Shown here one piece after another: positions 12,521-26,300 of a stretch of 64,000 nucleotides of DNA; position 1 is the stretch's first letter; each line of letters starts with the position of its first letter. Where the stretch lies: assembly GCA_002633005.1 (NCBI GenBank), contig NMRA01000181.1, positions 258,959-322,958 on the forward strand. The letters run 5' to 3'. The position numbers and the translations under genes were made by a program. Below the pieces are notes generated by a model. The model was not told where the DNA came from. It made no database searches and saw nothing but the letters and a program-made list of their open reading frames with translations. The DNA comes from Phoronis australis. Its lineage: Eukaryota; Animalia; Phoronida.

Positions 12521-15500
12521 TAGGGCCTCACTAAAAAGTAAGACTTCGCAAGATTACGTGAGATATTACCGTGTTTTTTAAATGAGGACCAGTGACTTTG
12601 GCAAGATTTTAGCTAGGTCCTAGCGTAGGTCCTAGAGCTACTGAACGCACGCCTGATTTGAACCAGTCTAATTAAATCAGATGTGACTTGAGGTAGTGGT
12701 AATTTGAATTGGCAGACTCAGCCAGAATTTGGCAGCGGGTTGCCAGATCCATATCGACACGCCCTATTCCATGTTATAAATCTTGGCGATGTGTATGAAA
12801 CGTCCATTGACTGATCTCTCATCGGGTACGTACCCGGCAACGACTACAGTCAACAACTACGGGGTGGGTAACAGCCTCGTAGAGCGTCCAGAAGATCTCT
12901 CAATTAGGTGCTACTTCCCTATAAAGAGAACCTCGTGACCTTAACTCCAGCGGTAGTGAAAACCAAAGGCAGATCAATGGAGACATATCCTGAAGAAGCC
13001 TACAATGCGCCAAACCCGTTCGAAAATGAAATGGCCTCGTCGTCTCTCTAATAGTCATTTAAGGATTAAGGAGATGCAGCGGCAGACCCATCAAAACCAA
13101 AATTGTCACTAGCGGGAGGGACACAATTGCCACTATTTGGCTCGCCTGAAAATTAACGACAATTCTAGTCTTCTTGGAAGTTACACTTCTGCCAATTTTG
13201 ACAATAATCCTTTGCGTGGTTTGCCAGGTAAAGAAGCAGACTTGAAAATCCAAACGATTTCTGAAACGTTGCACAGACTTCATACAAAAATGGTAACGCT
13301 TTTTCATCTACGTGTCTGCCAAATTTAATGGACGCCCATCAAGAAATCATGGAGATACAGAGGTAAACGAAACAAATTTCCACTAGATGGCACAGCTGTA
13401 GTCGGATCGGTCCGAAACTCGTCGTCATCTGTTGTCATCATTATAGGAACGCATATCCGAATGGTATTAAGGTCGTGAAAGTGATTTAGGAGATACAGGA
13501 GCGGACACCAGACACCAGAGATAACAGCAAGATGCAGCCACATTATATATGCATATTAGTTTGCCTAAAAACCGCAATATATTTGCCGAGATACCGTGCG
13601 CGCAACCAAGGTCCACTTTAAAAAAAATTGAGCTCCCATTTCTTAGGCCGGGTGCACTCATGGGTACGGCGATTTATTCGATTTAGGTCTACATGCCCAT
13701 TGTGAGTTTGAGGCATACTTGCAATTTAACACATGCATAAATATAATACTTATAAAAAGCACCGTCATTTTACGTTTTCGGGAGAGGAGGACAGGAATAG
13801 GGTACGTTTTGCACGTGTGTGAAAAGCGCTACAATTGTGAACGATCCGTTTACGTCCAACTCGAACTATATAATTATTCTCGAGGTGATAAAAAGTTACA
13901 TATTATGCCCAAATTTAAAGCTAATCGAATGAAAAATATGATACTTGTCATGCACAGAATAGATTTAGAACTCATAATAGATTTAGAACTGATGTCGTTC
14001 TTCAACTCTAAGACAATGACCTCATGTTCCTTTACTTTCACCGTATCAGCGTCAGACCTCGTCTCCTGATTTGCTGTGTTCTGCAATTGCAATTGATTGC
14101 CAAGTGATCTAACGTCTTCCACCCATTATATCATTTGTCGGGAAACATGGAAATAGCTATTTTTTTCCAAATTTTTTTCTCAAAAACGTAGTTAAAATGT
14201 TGTCTTTAACATCACTTCAAGACACAATGTAGTGATTACACAGGAAATCAACAACAATATTAAAGCAATTCTATAATATTATTAATATTTTATCACACAT
14301 ACCTCAAAATTGGTCATACAGAAAAAAAGATATAAAACATCGCTTTAGAGAAATCAACATAACACATCCAGAGTACATTTCTTGCGAATTATTTTTGGAA
14401 TGTATTAGACAATCTATTTCGGACCAGTTCATAGTATAAAATTCTCTCACAGGGAATCAACAACAATATGAAAACAATTTCTACAATTATGTCAGACATA
14501 TAGTTTTCTTTTAAAATACTAATTGTTCATAACAATTGTATGTAAGAATAAGAATCACCCAATGACACATAGAGTGGCCATTTAAATGTACCCAAACACA
14601 ACAAAAATGCACTGGTTCTGTTAAAGATGCTGCTGAAATAACACAAATAGGAAAAAGGTTCAAAACAAAAAGTCAAAATACTATCACATCAGACAACTAC
14701 CAACCATAAACTCTGTAAATCAGAATAAAGTCTCGGGACTTAACAACTTTCACTACTGGACTGAATAAATTTATTCATGGCGATTCTGGTTCTCATGCCT
14801 GTATAAGTAGGCACACTTTTTGTACGACACATTCACAACAACAAGGAGTGTCCTCAGGCTTACTCTTTCCGTGAAACATTGATCGCAGATAGGGCACTGA
14901 ATCAACTTAGTTCCTGAGCCCTATGCTCCATGCTGTGTTTTTATATGCGGTAAAAATATCTTGCCCCATGCAACACGGGGCTGGTAAAGGTCTTGCTTGC
15001 AACTAGTGAGTGACACTTTGTTTTATTGTCATGTGGTTATACAAAGAAGGTTTCTTCCTGAACGAAGCTCCACGACACATTTGCATACACAGCCCTTTGT
15101 CACATGCAGCAGTTGTGCTACTTTTATTGAAGGCGTGTATGTTAACACTCTGAAGGACTCCTCATGCGGCTACAGTTCAACTGAAAAATCAAACGCATTT
15201 AATCATATTTGTCAGGCTAAATCTCACACAGAAATCATGAAAAACGGTATAACAATCGACCTGTCATCTAATTCACGGTCGTATTATTCTAAAATTATTG
15301 ATATAACACAGTAACTTGAACAATTATTAAGGAAAATGCACAGAAAAAAATGTGCGTTCACTGTCGCATTTTTTGCGTTCACGATCGCCATGGAGAATTA
15401 ACAGCTTCGTTCCCGATCGCCATCTCACACAAGGACCTGCTTGTATCGGCAGATAGCTCGAATTGCTTCACAAATTATAACTAACAAAGGTGTCACCAGG

Positions 15501-15853
15501 TACGATTTATCTATAAACGTCACACGTGTCCACTGAAGAACCCAGGAATTGCTAATAACAAGTAGAAATTGACGAATTTACGAGACGCGAGTCATTTTAC
15601 CGAAAGCCATTGCATTCTGCGGTCTCTATTTCAAAAAAAAATAGCAAAAGCCAAGTATTATTTCAGATCCACAACAAAGGCTAAGCTCTGACGCTTTTCG
15701 GTGTGTCGCATTTGTACCAAAGTAGCCTCTATTTAAGAAGAAAATTACACTTAAACTCACCGGGTACTTCACAGTCGTCTGCCATTTTTTGGTGTAAGGT
15801 CTCGTTCTCGATCGCCTTCCGGGCGTTCTCGATCGCGGGTTGGCCGGGGTGCT

Positions 15854-17105
15854 CAACTGTCTGCTTTACAACCCCTAAGGACATTGAGATTCGGAAGTGT
15901 TGGGTCGTTGCCATACGCCGCGACACAGCAAAATATGTCCGTGTAAAATTTATAAATGTTTTCGAAAAGTTAGCTCATATTTTGTCGCATCTCGGTTGCT
16001 AAGCATCATAGCAACGACCGGAGAATTTTCGGCCAGCCAGGCTGTGTTTTCATGGCTACGGGTTGAAACATGATGCATTTTTTCAAAAAAAAAATACCCT
16101 CAATGCCTGGATTTTGGGGTGGGCTATCGGCACTATTCCCTCTCAAAAGTATTGAAAAATCACGTGAAATTCCCCCCACGGAGCCTAAACATTCCTAGTG
16201 ATTGAAAATTTCTCTCCGAAGTTAGAATCACCAGTAACCACACAGGTGACAATTTGAAAGAGCACACAATGCTACTTTAAATTGAGGCAGAGCTTGCAGC
16301 AGGGCGGGAATGCCACTGATAGTGATCGGGAGGTAGATTTTTCCCTCACCCAGCGAAAAAAAATCCCCTCTCAGAAGGCACAGGCACCTTTCCCCTCGCA
16401 TGAAGAAGGCTCCTGAAGAAACATGATAACTATGCTAGCTCTGTCCAGTTAGCTGAAATTAAGTTCTAAATCGAGGTTATGCTTTGTACGAACGAATTAG
16501 GTGTTTTAATTTTGAAATTCAACTTGGTTCATATTGATACACATGAAATAGACGAAAGAGTTATTAAAAAAGAAAGCACAATTGATGGTCAAATAATTTT
16601 TATTTTCAACAAAAAATATATTTAAGAACACCAATTATACTTTTAGATGAATGACAAATCAACTATTAGTCCCAGTAGTCCCTACCTCATCAGGACCTAG
16701 GCTATTATTGATGTTAATATTCTTGATCAACAAATTAAACCAGATTTGACTAATTGCACACGACAGCAAAATGCGATGAGCCACCACGGTCGAATATATC
16801 TTCAACTCGTCAACGATGCGTGCAGATGACCTGGTTCGTGTAGAAAGTATTTTTATCAACAATTTACAAGACGAAACGTAACTTTGCATTCAGCATAATA
16901 CCTAATCCGTAACACAATTTGGTCATATATACTTTTTACGTATCGAACCTAGTTTTCCGAAAAAATTATCAACACGTTTTTATGATTTAATATCCAGGTT
17001 GGACTCGAAAGACCAGCAATTTAACTCTCGCAATGTCAACTTCCTCTTTGTTTATCGCAGTGAGCCTCGCTTTGGATTTTAATGCCCGCCGCGTGAATTA
17101 AGTCT
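15854..17105 (+). mobile_element. Truncated non-autonomous THAP-bearing DNA transposon (ISL2EU/Harbinger-like); inverted homolog of 51376-53161
   Basis: FTTPKDIEIRKCWVVAIRRD THAP fragment at about 15863-15925; end gccgcgtgaattaagtct|AT; collinear reverse-complement similarity to 51376-53030. Confidence 0.75.
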
Positions 17106-17460
17106 ATAGTTACGGTTGAACCTAGGAACCCCTTTGAAATCTCATTAAAACAGCACTCGCTGTCTATTGTGGGAAACCATAAATGAGATGATTTTAAAAT
17201 CTTTGAGGACCATGATATACGTATAGGGCCATTTGCTGAGCATGTATGCATGTATTATGTATATTGCATTGTGTCCTCGTGAAATCAATTCAATAATAAT
17301 GATGATGATAATGATTAGCCAAAATCATGCCCCGTCAGCCCGGAGGATATTCCTAGAGAAGAGGTATACGAAAAGTGCCACCAATGTAAAATGTATCCTT
17401 GACGTAAAATGTTACAGTTGTTAAAGTTTACTAGCCAAGGCAGTTCCCATGTAGGTATCC

Positions 17461-17720
17461 GTCAGTGCACTGGCCTAGGCCCATTCTTACTCTCTGTGAA
17501 AATTTTTTGGTTCACAATTTGTCAAATCCGTGATGATTACACCCCGGGTATTCCCCCAGCCCCTCCCCCCTCCTACGGTAGACGTGGGCGGTCTTCACAA
17601 ATTTCAAGTCATCCGGAAACGAGGCGGGGGGTGGGTGGAGGTGGCGAGATGGATAGGAAGGGGAAGCATGTATATGTAGTAAAGAGATATCCACGCGGTT
17701 GTGCGGTTCCAAGGTGGTTC
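17461..17720. repeat. Dispersed repeat starting CAGTG; direct diverged copy at about 25909-26160
   Basis: cagtgc..cctaggcccattctt...gtgaaa.ttt.ttggttcac...caaatcc and C-rich/G-rich blocks shared by both loci. Confidence 0.6.
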
Positions 17721-18467
17721 TGCCATTTTTTTTTCTCGCTATGTGTTTTTTTGTATTTGAAGTTCGCAGAGATTGGAGATAAGCTATTTTGCAAGACATT
17801 TGTAAAATATTGTAAAAATGGCCAATTTTTATGAATAAGGTTTAAGATATCCTGAACTACATTACGACAAATCAGATGTCGATAGATTTTAAAACTGCGC
17901 GCATTGACAAATGATTTGGAACTATTTTAGTCGAGGAGTAACGAGCTAACCGGAAAACTGTGCCGGATATTCGCGAAAATGTGTCACTTAATGACGGTAA
18001 TAAGCTGGCGATGAAACATGTGTTGTTAAAACTAACTATGGGTGGATTTCTTAAAAATGAGAAACTTCAAGTAATGGATAAGGTGTCTCGGCTTGGCGAG
18101 AGCTGATTTTTTAGTTTCGCTTGAAGTTCAAAAGATAGCAACCTGGCAACAAACAATGTATATAGATTGGAGTACTAAAAATATAATAACGAAAACCGGT
18201 ATGTGACATATTTAAAACCCACGTTTGTTGTGGAAGTGGCCCTTAGTCACGATGAACCCAAGTTAACCGTTTTTAGTTATTTTTTAATACTTAAAATGCA
18301 CTAAATCCAAACCGCACTTTCCACATTTCAGGCTGTAACTTTGTGCAAATGCCACAGAGAACCCATTTCAGTTTAATAACCGCAGCTGTTGAGAAAGTAG
18401 CGCTAGCAACTACCTGTCCGCTTCATTTAATAAGAACAATTATTGCAAGAATACAACGGACGAGCCT

Positions 18468-18504
18468 AGTAGTAGTGGTGGTGGTGGTGGTGGTGGTGGT
18501 GGTG
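18468..18504. repeat. (GTA)n(GTG)n microsatellite
   Basis: agtagtagtggtggtggtggtggtggtggtggtggtg; explains the poly-Val in ORF 18343..18753. Confidence 0.9.
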
Positions 18505-18746
18505 CTCGACATTTCGAGTTCTAGCTCAAAATTTGGGTCCATCGAGTGTAACCTTGGAAAATGTCAAAAACAATTTCGAGTCCGATTTCGAGTATTAAGA
18601 TTAGATCCCAAACCAGGAAAGTTTCCTGAATGTTATGCTTACGCTGCTGGATGTGCTACAGTACGTTATGTAGATTTACCCAGTGCCTTAGTTACTGACA
18701 TGGGTAGTAACCATGTTGATCGTGATCGAGTCTTGTATTTTTTCAG

Positions 18747-18953
18747 AAATTAAATGTGAAGCTACAACTTTATCGAGTGCCCTGGGAACTACCTTAATGG
18801 CATACACACAGCTCGCTATTTATGGAGGGCATGCCATTATCGGGTGTAAAGACTTAACGTTGAAATTTTCTGACGGTAGCATGATGAAGATGATCAAGTG
18901 TGTGGGAAGAAATCAGTGGGAAAACAATGGTCACATTGAAGAGATTTGTGAAC
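18747..18953 (+). CDS. Coding exon, Sushi/CCP domain 5
   Basis: Acceptor gtattttttcag|, donor |gtaagt; 207 nt, phase 1-1. IKCEATTL...IIGCKDLTLKFSDGSMMKMIKCVGRNQWENNGHIEEICE. Confidence 0.9.
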
Positions 18954-19515
18954 GTAAGTTTAAGATTACAATAAGCCAAATTTGTGTGGAAGCAGCAAGC
19001 TGGTATGTATTCACGTGATTTCTGAGATTAACAGTAAGTTATTTTGCTTGAGACTGCACTCGGCAAGTATAACAAACAACTCGCGGCGACGAGTCAATTT
19101 GTTGATGTCGATGTGAAGCAGTCACAAACTGGTAGTTCTTTGTAAACCTGGAAATCGCCTCTAACTCGTGGTAAGTGCCATAGAATAAAGTTATTTTAAC
19201 AGCAAAGTGCCTTTCAAATCAAGCTTTGCGCCTACGTATTGAAGCTTGCTGTTTGTTATAGGCATTCCGTGCCTGCGCATACGAAACACAGACTCTATCC
19301 TGTTGCATAGCAATCCACTTAAGAGAACTTGCATCACACTATTTGACTTAAATAAAGTGTGGCCGAGACTACACGTTAAAAAAACACTACGACACATTAT
19401 GTTGCCATTTTAGTTGGCATAATTTTGGTCATATGTTGTTCTGACTTAATCGGTGTTCTTCTGTTTGCTGTTTTGTTAAATGCAGTGACATCTCTTTAAA
19501 AATTCCAAAGCTTAA

Positions 19516-21260
19516 AGAAGAATGCCACCAAAACGAAGGTATTTTGCGTCAGTTTAGATCAAGTAGTTCATTTTTTTTACTTGACACCAGATGACGTCAG
19601 TGGATCTGTCACAGTCTGTTCGGCAGTTCACAAGGCGCTCACTGATGTCAGCTTATCGTTTGACTTCGTCGATTTACAAAAATAAGTGATCAAATTTTGA
19701 TGCACAAACACGTTGTTTTACTTAGGTGTTACATATTTATAGGAATTTTGACCGTACCGTCCTACGACTCGGGCAAAGTTCGGTAACCCGACTCACCAAG
19801 TTCGATCGCGGAAAGTTTTGGATCTATTTGGAATTAGAATTATTATTCGTGAAATACAGAAAGGAGAGCATGGTTGTGTGTTGTAATTTTAGACTTGCGA
19901 ATTCTAAACACGCAAAACAGGTTAGTAGACTGTGAATTTTGAAAACTAAATTTCTAGTCACGAAAAGACTAGACTAGCGAACCAAAGAAATAATGTGCAC
20001 GTGTGTTGCGAAACTGCAAATCTACTTACTCGTTAGGGGCCGTTGAGTCACTGCCCCCCGTTCCATAGAATTCGTCAGGACTAAAGTTGTGCAATGACAA
20101 TGATCCGAATAATGATTTCCCTAACACTCGATGATAGCGTACAAAATCGAGCCATTGTTTCACAACAGATTCCCGTCACAAACACTGAATTAGTAAGCGC
20201 TCACATGGCCTCAGTGCCCTTTCAATTAGTTTTAATGCATCTGAAGCCTGTAACGCAGTATCATTTATTCATTGTTGGTTTCTCAAAACATTTGCAGTCA
20301 CGAACACTTCGAATGCATCACAAATTGTATCTGCTGAGAAAGACTCTTTGTTTGAGTTTTATACCAACATTGGTTAGGAAGAGAAAATTTCATGTTTAAA
20401 CATACATGTAACGCACAATAATAAAGGTCAACATGGAAACTTACAATCCCAACTTAGACGAGTATTCACCTGGTGAAGACTTCGCAGCCTATCACTTCGA
20501 ACACACCTCGACCAAGAAATACTCGAAAGGCGCCGTGAACATACACAGGCAACGTAACAGATGCGTAGTTCGGCGAACCGATTCCATGATTTGTCATGGT
20601 GTAAGTGTGCCAACTCCAAGGTAATGGAAACGACTGAAGCTTGCGTTTTCAAGCGAAACTTCTTCTCGGAGAAGAAGCACAGACTTGTCTCACGAACCAT
20701 CCTAATTTTTCACCGTATCTATAAACAAAGGTGTGCTTACTACGTTCTTTATGGCTGGGAAAAAGAATTGGCGAAAACACCCTACACCCAGAGGACCAAA
20801 CAGAAGCCTGACGAACGAGAAATTCATCAAACAAGTCAATGATATAAATCATACGTTCTCATGCTTCTCATACTTGTAATTGTTTTCATGGCGAACTACA
20901 ATTCTCCATCATCAAAAACGAAATCAATGTCGACAAAATGACGGCCACAAACACAAAAATCTTTCACGGCACCATACCTGGAATTAACGGCGTACAATTC
21001 ATTCTAGTGGAAATCGAAAAAAAAAACAACATGCGCGCTTTTCTCGCAGCTTCATGGTTCGCAAAAGTGGGAACAATACACCACACCATAGGGGCACACA
21101 CTCAACTGAAGATCCACTGACGTCACTGATTTGTGTAATCACCTTCCTCGCACGTTTATGTGCCACCTCTTGATGAGTTGCGATCGACTGTATACGAGCT
21201 GGTGTGGATATAGATCGATTAAAAGGGTAAAAAACAAAGTAAACCGAGTGGCATTCTCCT
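19516..21260 (-). mobile_element. Kolobok-type non-autonomous DNA transposon with THAP remnant
   Basis: TTAA|agaagaatgccac ... gtggcattctcct|TTAA (TIR plus TTAA TSD at 19512-15 and 21261-64). Minus strand about 20920-21090: MVWCIVPTFANHEAARK..FFF..FP...CVCGRHF. Confidence 0.85.
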
Positions 21261-22299
21261 TTAATGTTAACGCTCAGTTATGTAATTAGCAACACAATCT
21301 AGTTATCTTGTTCTACTGATAGACACAAAAACTGCGGTTAATTCTATAATTGATTACATCCATGTAAGTTACAGCATGACAATAAATATTAAAACAACAC
21401 GGAGTAGCAAAGTACTGTTGAAAGTCAACCATTACACTGTGCGAGTATTTAAATGGAGTTTTAGTTTTGATTCATATTGAATTAAGGTTAACATTAGTGT
21501 AACCCAGATTAAACTGAACTGTTTCATTGATTTTAAACCGTGCGATAATTTGATTTTAAGCACACCATTAAAGGGTGATTTTAAAGTTACGTTGAAATGT
21601 TTAGATTATGTTTTTATTGACATAACTTAGCTTATTTTATTATTCATGATACTGTCTTGAAAGTACCAGTATGCTATTGATATATTAACGAAGCACATGT
21701 ACACTTTAAATGAGATGGGCACAACTGCTTGTATTTGCAATCTATTAAGTTGTTATACAATATTGACATGCATACGCGCTTATGTGTGAAGGCAGGGAGC
21801 AGTCCTCGTAGACACATTTCAGTGAAGATTTGAGTATTTTTGTCACGGACTCTCTTGAGCTCCTTTCATTCGTAATCCCAGGCAGCAAGTAGCGCCTAGT
21901 GAGTTGGCTTAAAGTAGTAGCCACAGTACTTCCTATGGGACTATTTACTCATTTCATCAAACAGGAAGTATTCCACTTCCGGTCACCGCGTGCGAAGTTT
22001 TGATCTCGTCAAATAAACATTTCATACTTAAAATTTGTAAAATAAAAAGCGCTTACTTTCTAGGACGATCAATTCTAATTCTGAAATGAGTAGGGGAAGA
22101 CTTCCAATGCCTTTTTTTGGCCGCCGTTGACCTTTTTGGTCGCCGTTAACCTTTTTCACCCCGCGCGATAACCGTCAAGTGTATTTTCATTGAAACAATT
22201 TTGTAAATGATTAATCAAAAAACAATAGTTTATCCTTATAATTAAACAAACAATTTATTGTCTTAAAGTTCTAGACAATGTAAAAATGCACCACTATGT

Positions 22300-23320
22300 A
22301 CCAGACTGGAGGTGACCTCCCATGCGGCTCAAAAGTTTATTCAACAGAGCGGGAAACTGGTCCTTTGGCAGCGAAGAATACTTCCCACCTGTTCCCAATA
22401 CCTTACGCTGACTGAGTACACTTAGCCACTCTTTCTTCACATAACTGCAAACGCCAACTAGCTAGTGGTTGTGTGAGGAGTGTGGTGTTCGCAAGAGTGC
22501 ATTAACAAGCAATATGCAGCTCACAGCATTTTCCAATGACGCCTTAATTGATGAGTGAGGACAAGTTGTCGCCGATAACAACTTTCTTTACAAGGGCTTT
22601 AGTAGGCCATGGGACGATGACCGCCTGAAATTAATCTTCAAACGTTCTAGAGTCAATTACGAGGGTGTATGGTTGTACTGTTCATAACTTGGAGCACATC
22701 CGGTCCATCAAGTGGGCTGACTTGTACACAACACGTGGGGAAAGCATGGTTCCACAGCAGTTCTTGCAAACATGAGTGAAATGCAGAAGACCTCGTGACA
22801 CGTTCTATGTGCTTGGCTAAACTTCGGAAAATTGCGTGCTTCCGTCCAGAGTCGTTCTTGAGGTTGATTTCAACGTATTCACACGATTAAATGTTTCTGC
22901 CAAGTTGTTGAAGTATGTGTTGTTTATATCTGGACTAAACTTTGCCTTCACGCAGTTGAAATTCTTGGACATTCGTTTGGTCAGTTTTACGTTTTATCGT
23001 TTCATACAGTTGTAGGTCCAATCCCTTCGAGGTATGGTGTTCTTGAACCGAACTTTCTTCTGTCCTGTTCTTCAAAAGTATTCCTTCACTCTAAGTTCCA
23101 TTCTGACATTGTTGTCACGTGTTCTGCCAATAGTGCTTCTTCATCTTCTGTGGTAGCAGTCTGTCCTCCAAAACGTTTGGTGTGCAATTCATAAACTTTG
23201 TATTGTAGCGTATCAAGTGGAATTCCAAGTTCTCTGGATGCTTCCATTTGACACATGCGACCATTTTGGACACTCTCTACCGCCAAGGTTTTCGCTGATA
23301 CATGTATATTTTAGAATCTT
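22300..23320 (-). pseudogene. pogo/Tigger (CENP-B-like, Tc1/mariner superfamily) transposase remnant
   Basis: AVESVQNGRMCQMEASRELGIPLDTLQYKV (psq-type HTH), then GGQT..TEDEEALLAEHVTTMSEW...FKNTIPRRDW..CMKR (CENP-B HTH); stops and frameshifts downstream. Confidence 0.75.
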
Positions 23321-26300
23321 ATTTTTTTCTTTGCGAGAACTGAAAAAATCAAGTATGTACCTCAATCAGCAATTCCAAGGGGTAGGGTTGGCACACTCAG
23401 ACGACTTCACACAGTAGCTATGTCATATTTTCGGGAAAGGCTAAAATCCATTATGGGCGCCGTTGGCGATTATAGCAATGAACATGTTAATGGTGCGGTG
23501 TTTTTTTTGGCTACACCATGCAATGATTGACGAACAGAGGACTTTCAAACCAAGGTAGCAACCAATGATCAAAATTGTAACGTTCTTTTCGTTTTGAAAA
23601 TGACCTTACTTGATGAGAGATCACCTTCACTTCTTTTGTCGTCACAGCTTGTATCCGACTATTGACAGGGCCGGAGGAATTTGGGAAAGGGGCGTGCCCC
23701 CCAATAATTTGCAGGCGTCAGGGTTAAACCGTGGCATGCGACTTAGGAGTGGGGCCGGGGACAGTCGAGAAAAGAAAAACATCGAAACAAGGAGAAAATT
23801 CAAGAGAACATTTGACAACCATGAGTGCATAATTTATCCTTTGAGTGCTCTGGTCAGGACATTGCTGTTAGGGAGCTTCTTTTCTTGCGGCATACATCGC
23901 CTAAATGCACTTGAAAACGTGCACTTAATCACTCATACATGTACATGTATTTACGAATAATCGAAAACAAAAGTGTATATAACTTGAGAAAAATGGATGA
24001 CCTGACAGATAGGATCAAGTGCAGAGCATTTCCTGTTTTTTTGAAATTATAGAAGTATTCATATTCAGGTGCACAGCCCTTGAAGGGGGTGTGGCATTGA
24101 TGACATCCAAGTGGCCACCCTTTTCGTGTTTTTATTTATGAATTCTTAAAGTGTCGTTCACGGACAGAGGGCCCAGTGTTGGAAATCGTACAACATTGTA
24201 TGTTGAGGAAGGTTACTTCTTGCAGGGTCACACGACAATGGAATTAACTGTAACGCTTTTCCATGCTTTATGATATTTACCCTTTCATCTTTAGGGATCC
24301 CATATCAGAAGAGGCCTTTTCTCGGTAAGGCGGTTTGGTTCCCTTTGTCCCTCTATAGCCTACATGTAAATTTGCCATTGCCAAGTATTCACAAGGTAAT
24401 GCGTTGATATACCAAATTCATCAAAATACACAAAACATTCGTCCTCAATACAAAAGTATCAAACATTCGGTCCAATAGGAACAACCGCCATCGAAAGTGT
24501 GAAAGTTTGAAGAACGTGAAGACCAGTTTTGAATTACGCAAAATGATTATTTCCGATGGTTTTATAAAGTAATACTAATTTTTCCCATAATATAAGAAGA
24601 ATAGTATTTTTTGAATATCGTTACTGTATAGGATTTCTTTGTAAGGAATCCGCACATATCGGAAAGGCTTTCGGGGTTACAATTTTTGATTAATGCGTAC
24701 ATGTCTAACAGAGGTTCTCAAAGATTTAAGCGGTCTTTTGGAGTTCAAGTTTATTACGTGAACCGTAATAAGACACTGCGAATGATATAAGACAAATATA
24801 TGTGAACACGATTAACCCCCCCCCCAAACCCTGTGGGTTCCCCGTCTCCCATGTTCCCCCAGTTATCCATCGAGATTCCTCGAGCGTGTCTTCGGGAAAT
24901 GCTTAATCTGTTTTGATGAACAGCGAATTTGTTAGTTGCTTATTTACACATGTACGAAAATCTACAAATTGAAAGATGATTTTTTTGAAAATTCTTGTAA
25001 GAAAGGATGATGGCTCAGAGTGAACTTAGCTTCATACTGACATTGGGAAAAGTCGATCTATCATCCGATTCCAGAATAGCAAAGAACACTAAATGAACTT
25101 TGCTTATCTGAAATAAGTCTTAAGGATATTGGTGAATGTCGGACAGCTTTAGTGTCCCAAAATGTTCTCACAATACAAACGACAATAAATAAATTGTACA
25201 TTGTCTTAGGAACACGATCATGGGCGGCTCGCCATAGGGGCTGGTGTGCTATAGCCCTGATTTATTTCCTTGCTGCACCGACCATGAAGATTATTGGTTT
25301 AAATTCACAAACCCTAGATCAAAAAAAAATTAAATTCTTAAATAAATTAAACGCATTGCTCATTAGTTTGGAAAGATTAATTGTCTTTGCACTTTCTTAG
25401 TGTTTTTCCAGTGGTATTTCCTTCTTCAAAACTGAATTTTTTGTTCGCCATTCCCGGCCCGTGTAACCACGTAGTATGACCGGAGCAGAATCTCAGTGAT
25501 TCACGGGAACTGAATTTGAACTCCCAGCGTCAGTGGGACACACTGTGTATCATTTTCCTCTGCCACCAGAAACTGGAATATCCGTGTTTCAACTAGTGGT
25601 ATTGAAACAACAACAAAGACGCTATGTCAGGTACCTCGGGACGTCGCCCTTTCAAAAATACTTAAGTTAAAGAATGATCCTGCTGAAATGAACTTTTCCA
25701 AAACGGATCATAAATAAACTGAATCTTGACCGTAGTGCCAGCACTGTTGGAAAGGTACGAGCTAAGCTATTTGTCTCAAACAGCTTTGTTGTGTCAAGTG
25801 AATCGTAGCTGAACTGACCACTAACCAGTCTAGTTTATAGAATTCCAACTTTTACACTGACAGATCTCGGGTATAGTTACTTGAGGCAGCTTCCAAGCAG
25901 CTATCCCTCAGTGCGGTGACCCTAGGCCCATTCTTGGTCTTCGTGAAAGTTTGTTGGTTCACGGTTACTCAAATCCTTAGGAATAACCATGATGGCTGAA
26001 TTCCCGGGATTCGCCCCCCCACTCCCTCCTTCCCTCCTATGGTGGACATGGGTTGTCGGTACAAATTTGTCAGCATCCGGAGACCTGGGGGGAGGGAGTG
26101 TTGGGCGGAGATGGATAGAAAGAGGGGTGGGGTAGTTTGTCCTGTGCTGCACCCCCAATAATTTTTACCCTCCTACGCGCCTGATTGGCGTCTATGTGTT
26201 GGGACAGAGGAGTTTAAGTATATCTTATAGGTCGAAACATCCTGTTAATAACTTCCCGAACATAGCCAATAGAGGAAGTGTGCTCAAATGAGTTGAACTG

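Noticed and set aside
14790-15200. Possible zinc-finger remnant (CPICDQCF) on the minus strand
   Set aside because: Too short and disrupted to assign; probably TE debris.
18343-18753. ORF with poly-Val as a transmembrane segment
   Set aside because: Poly-Val comes from a (GTG)n microsatellite; the real exon starts at 18747 in a different frame.
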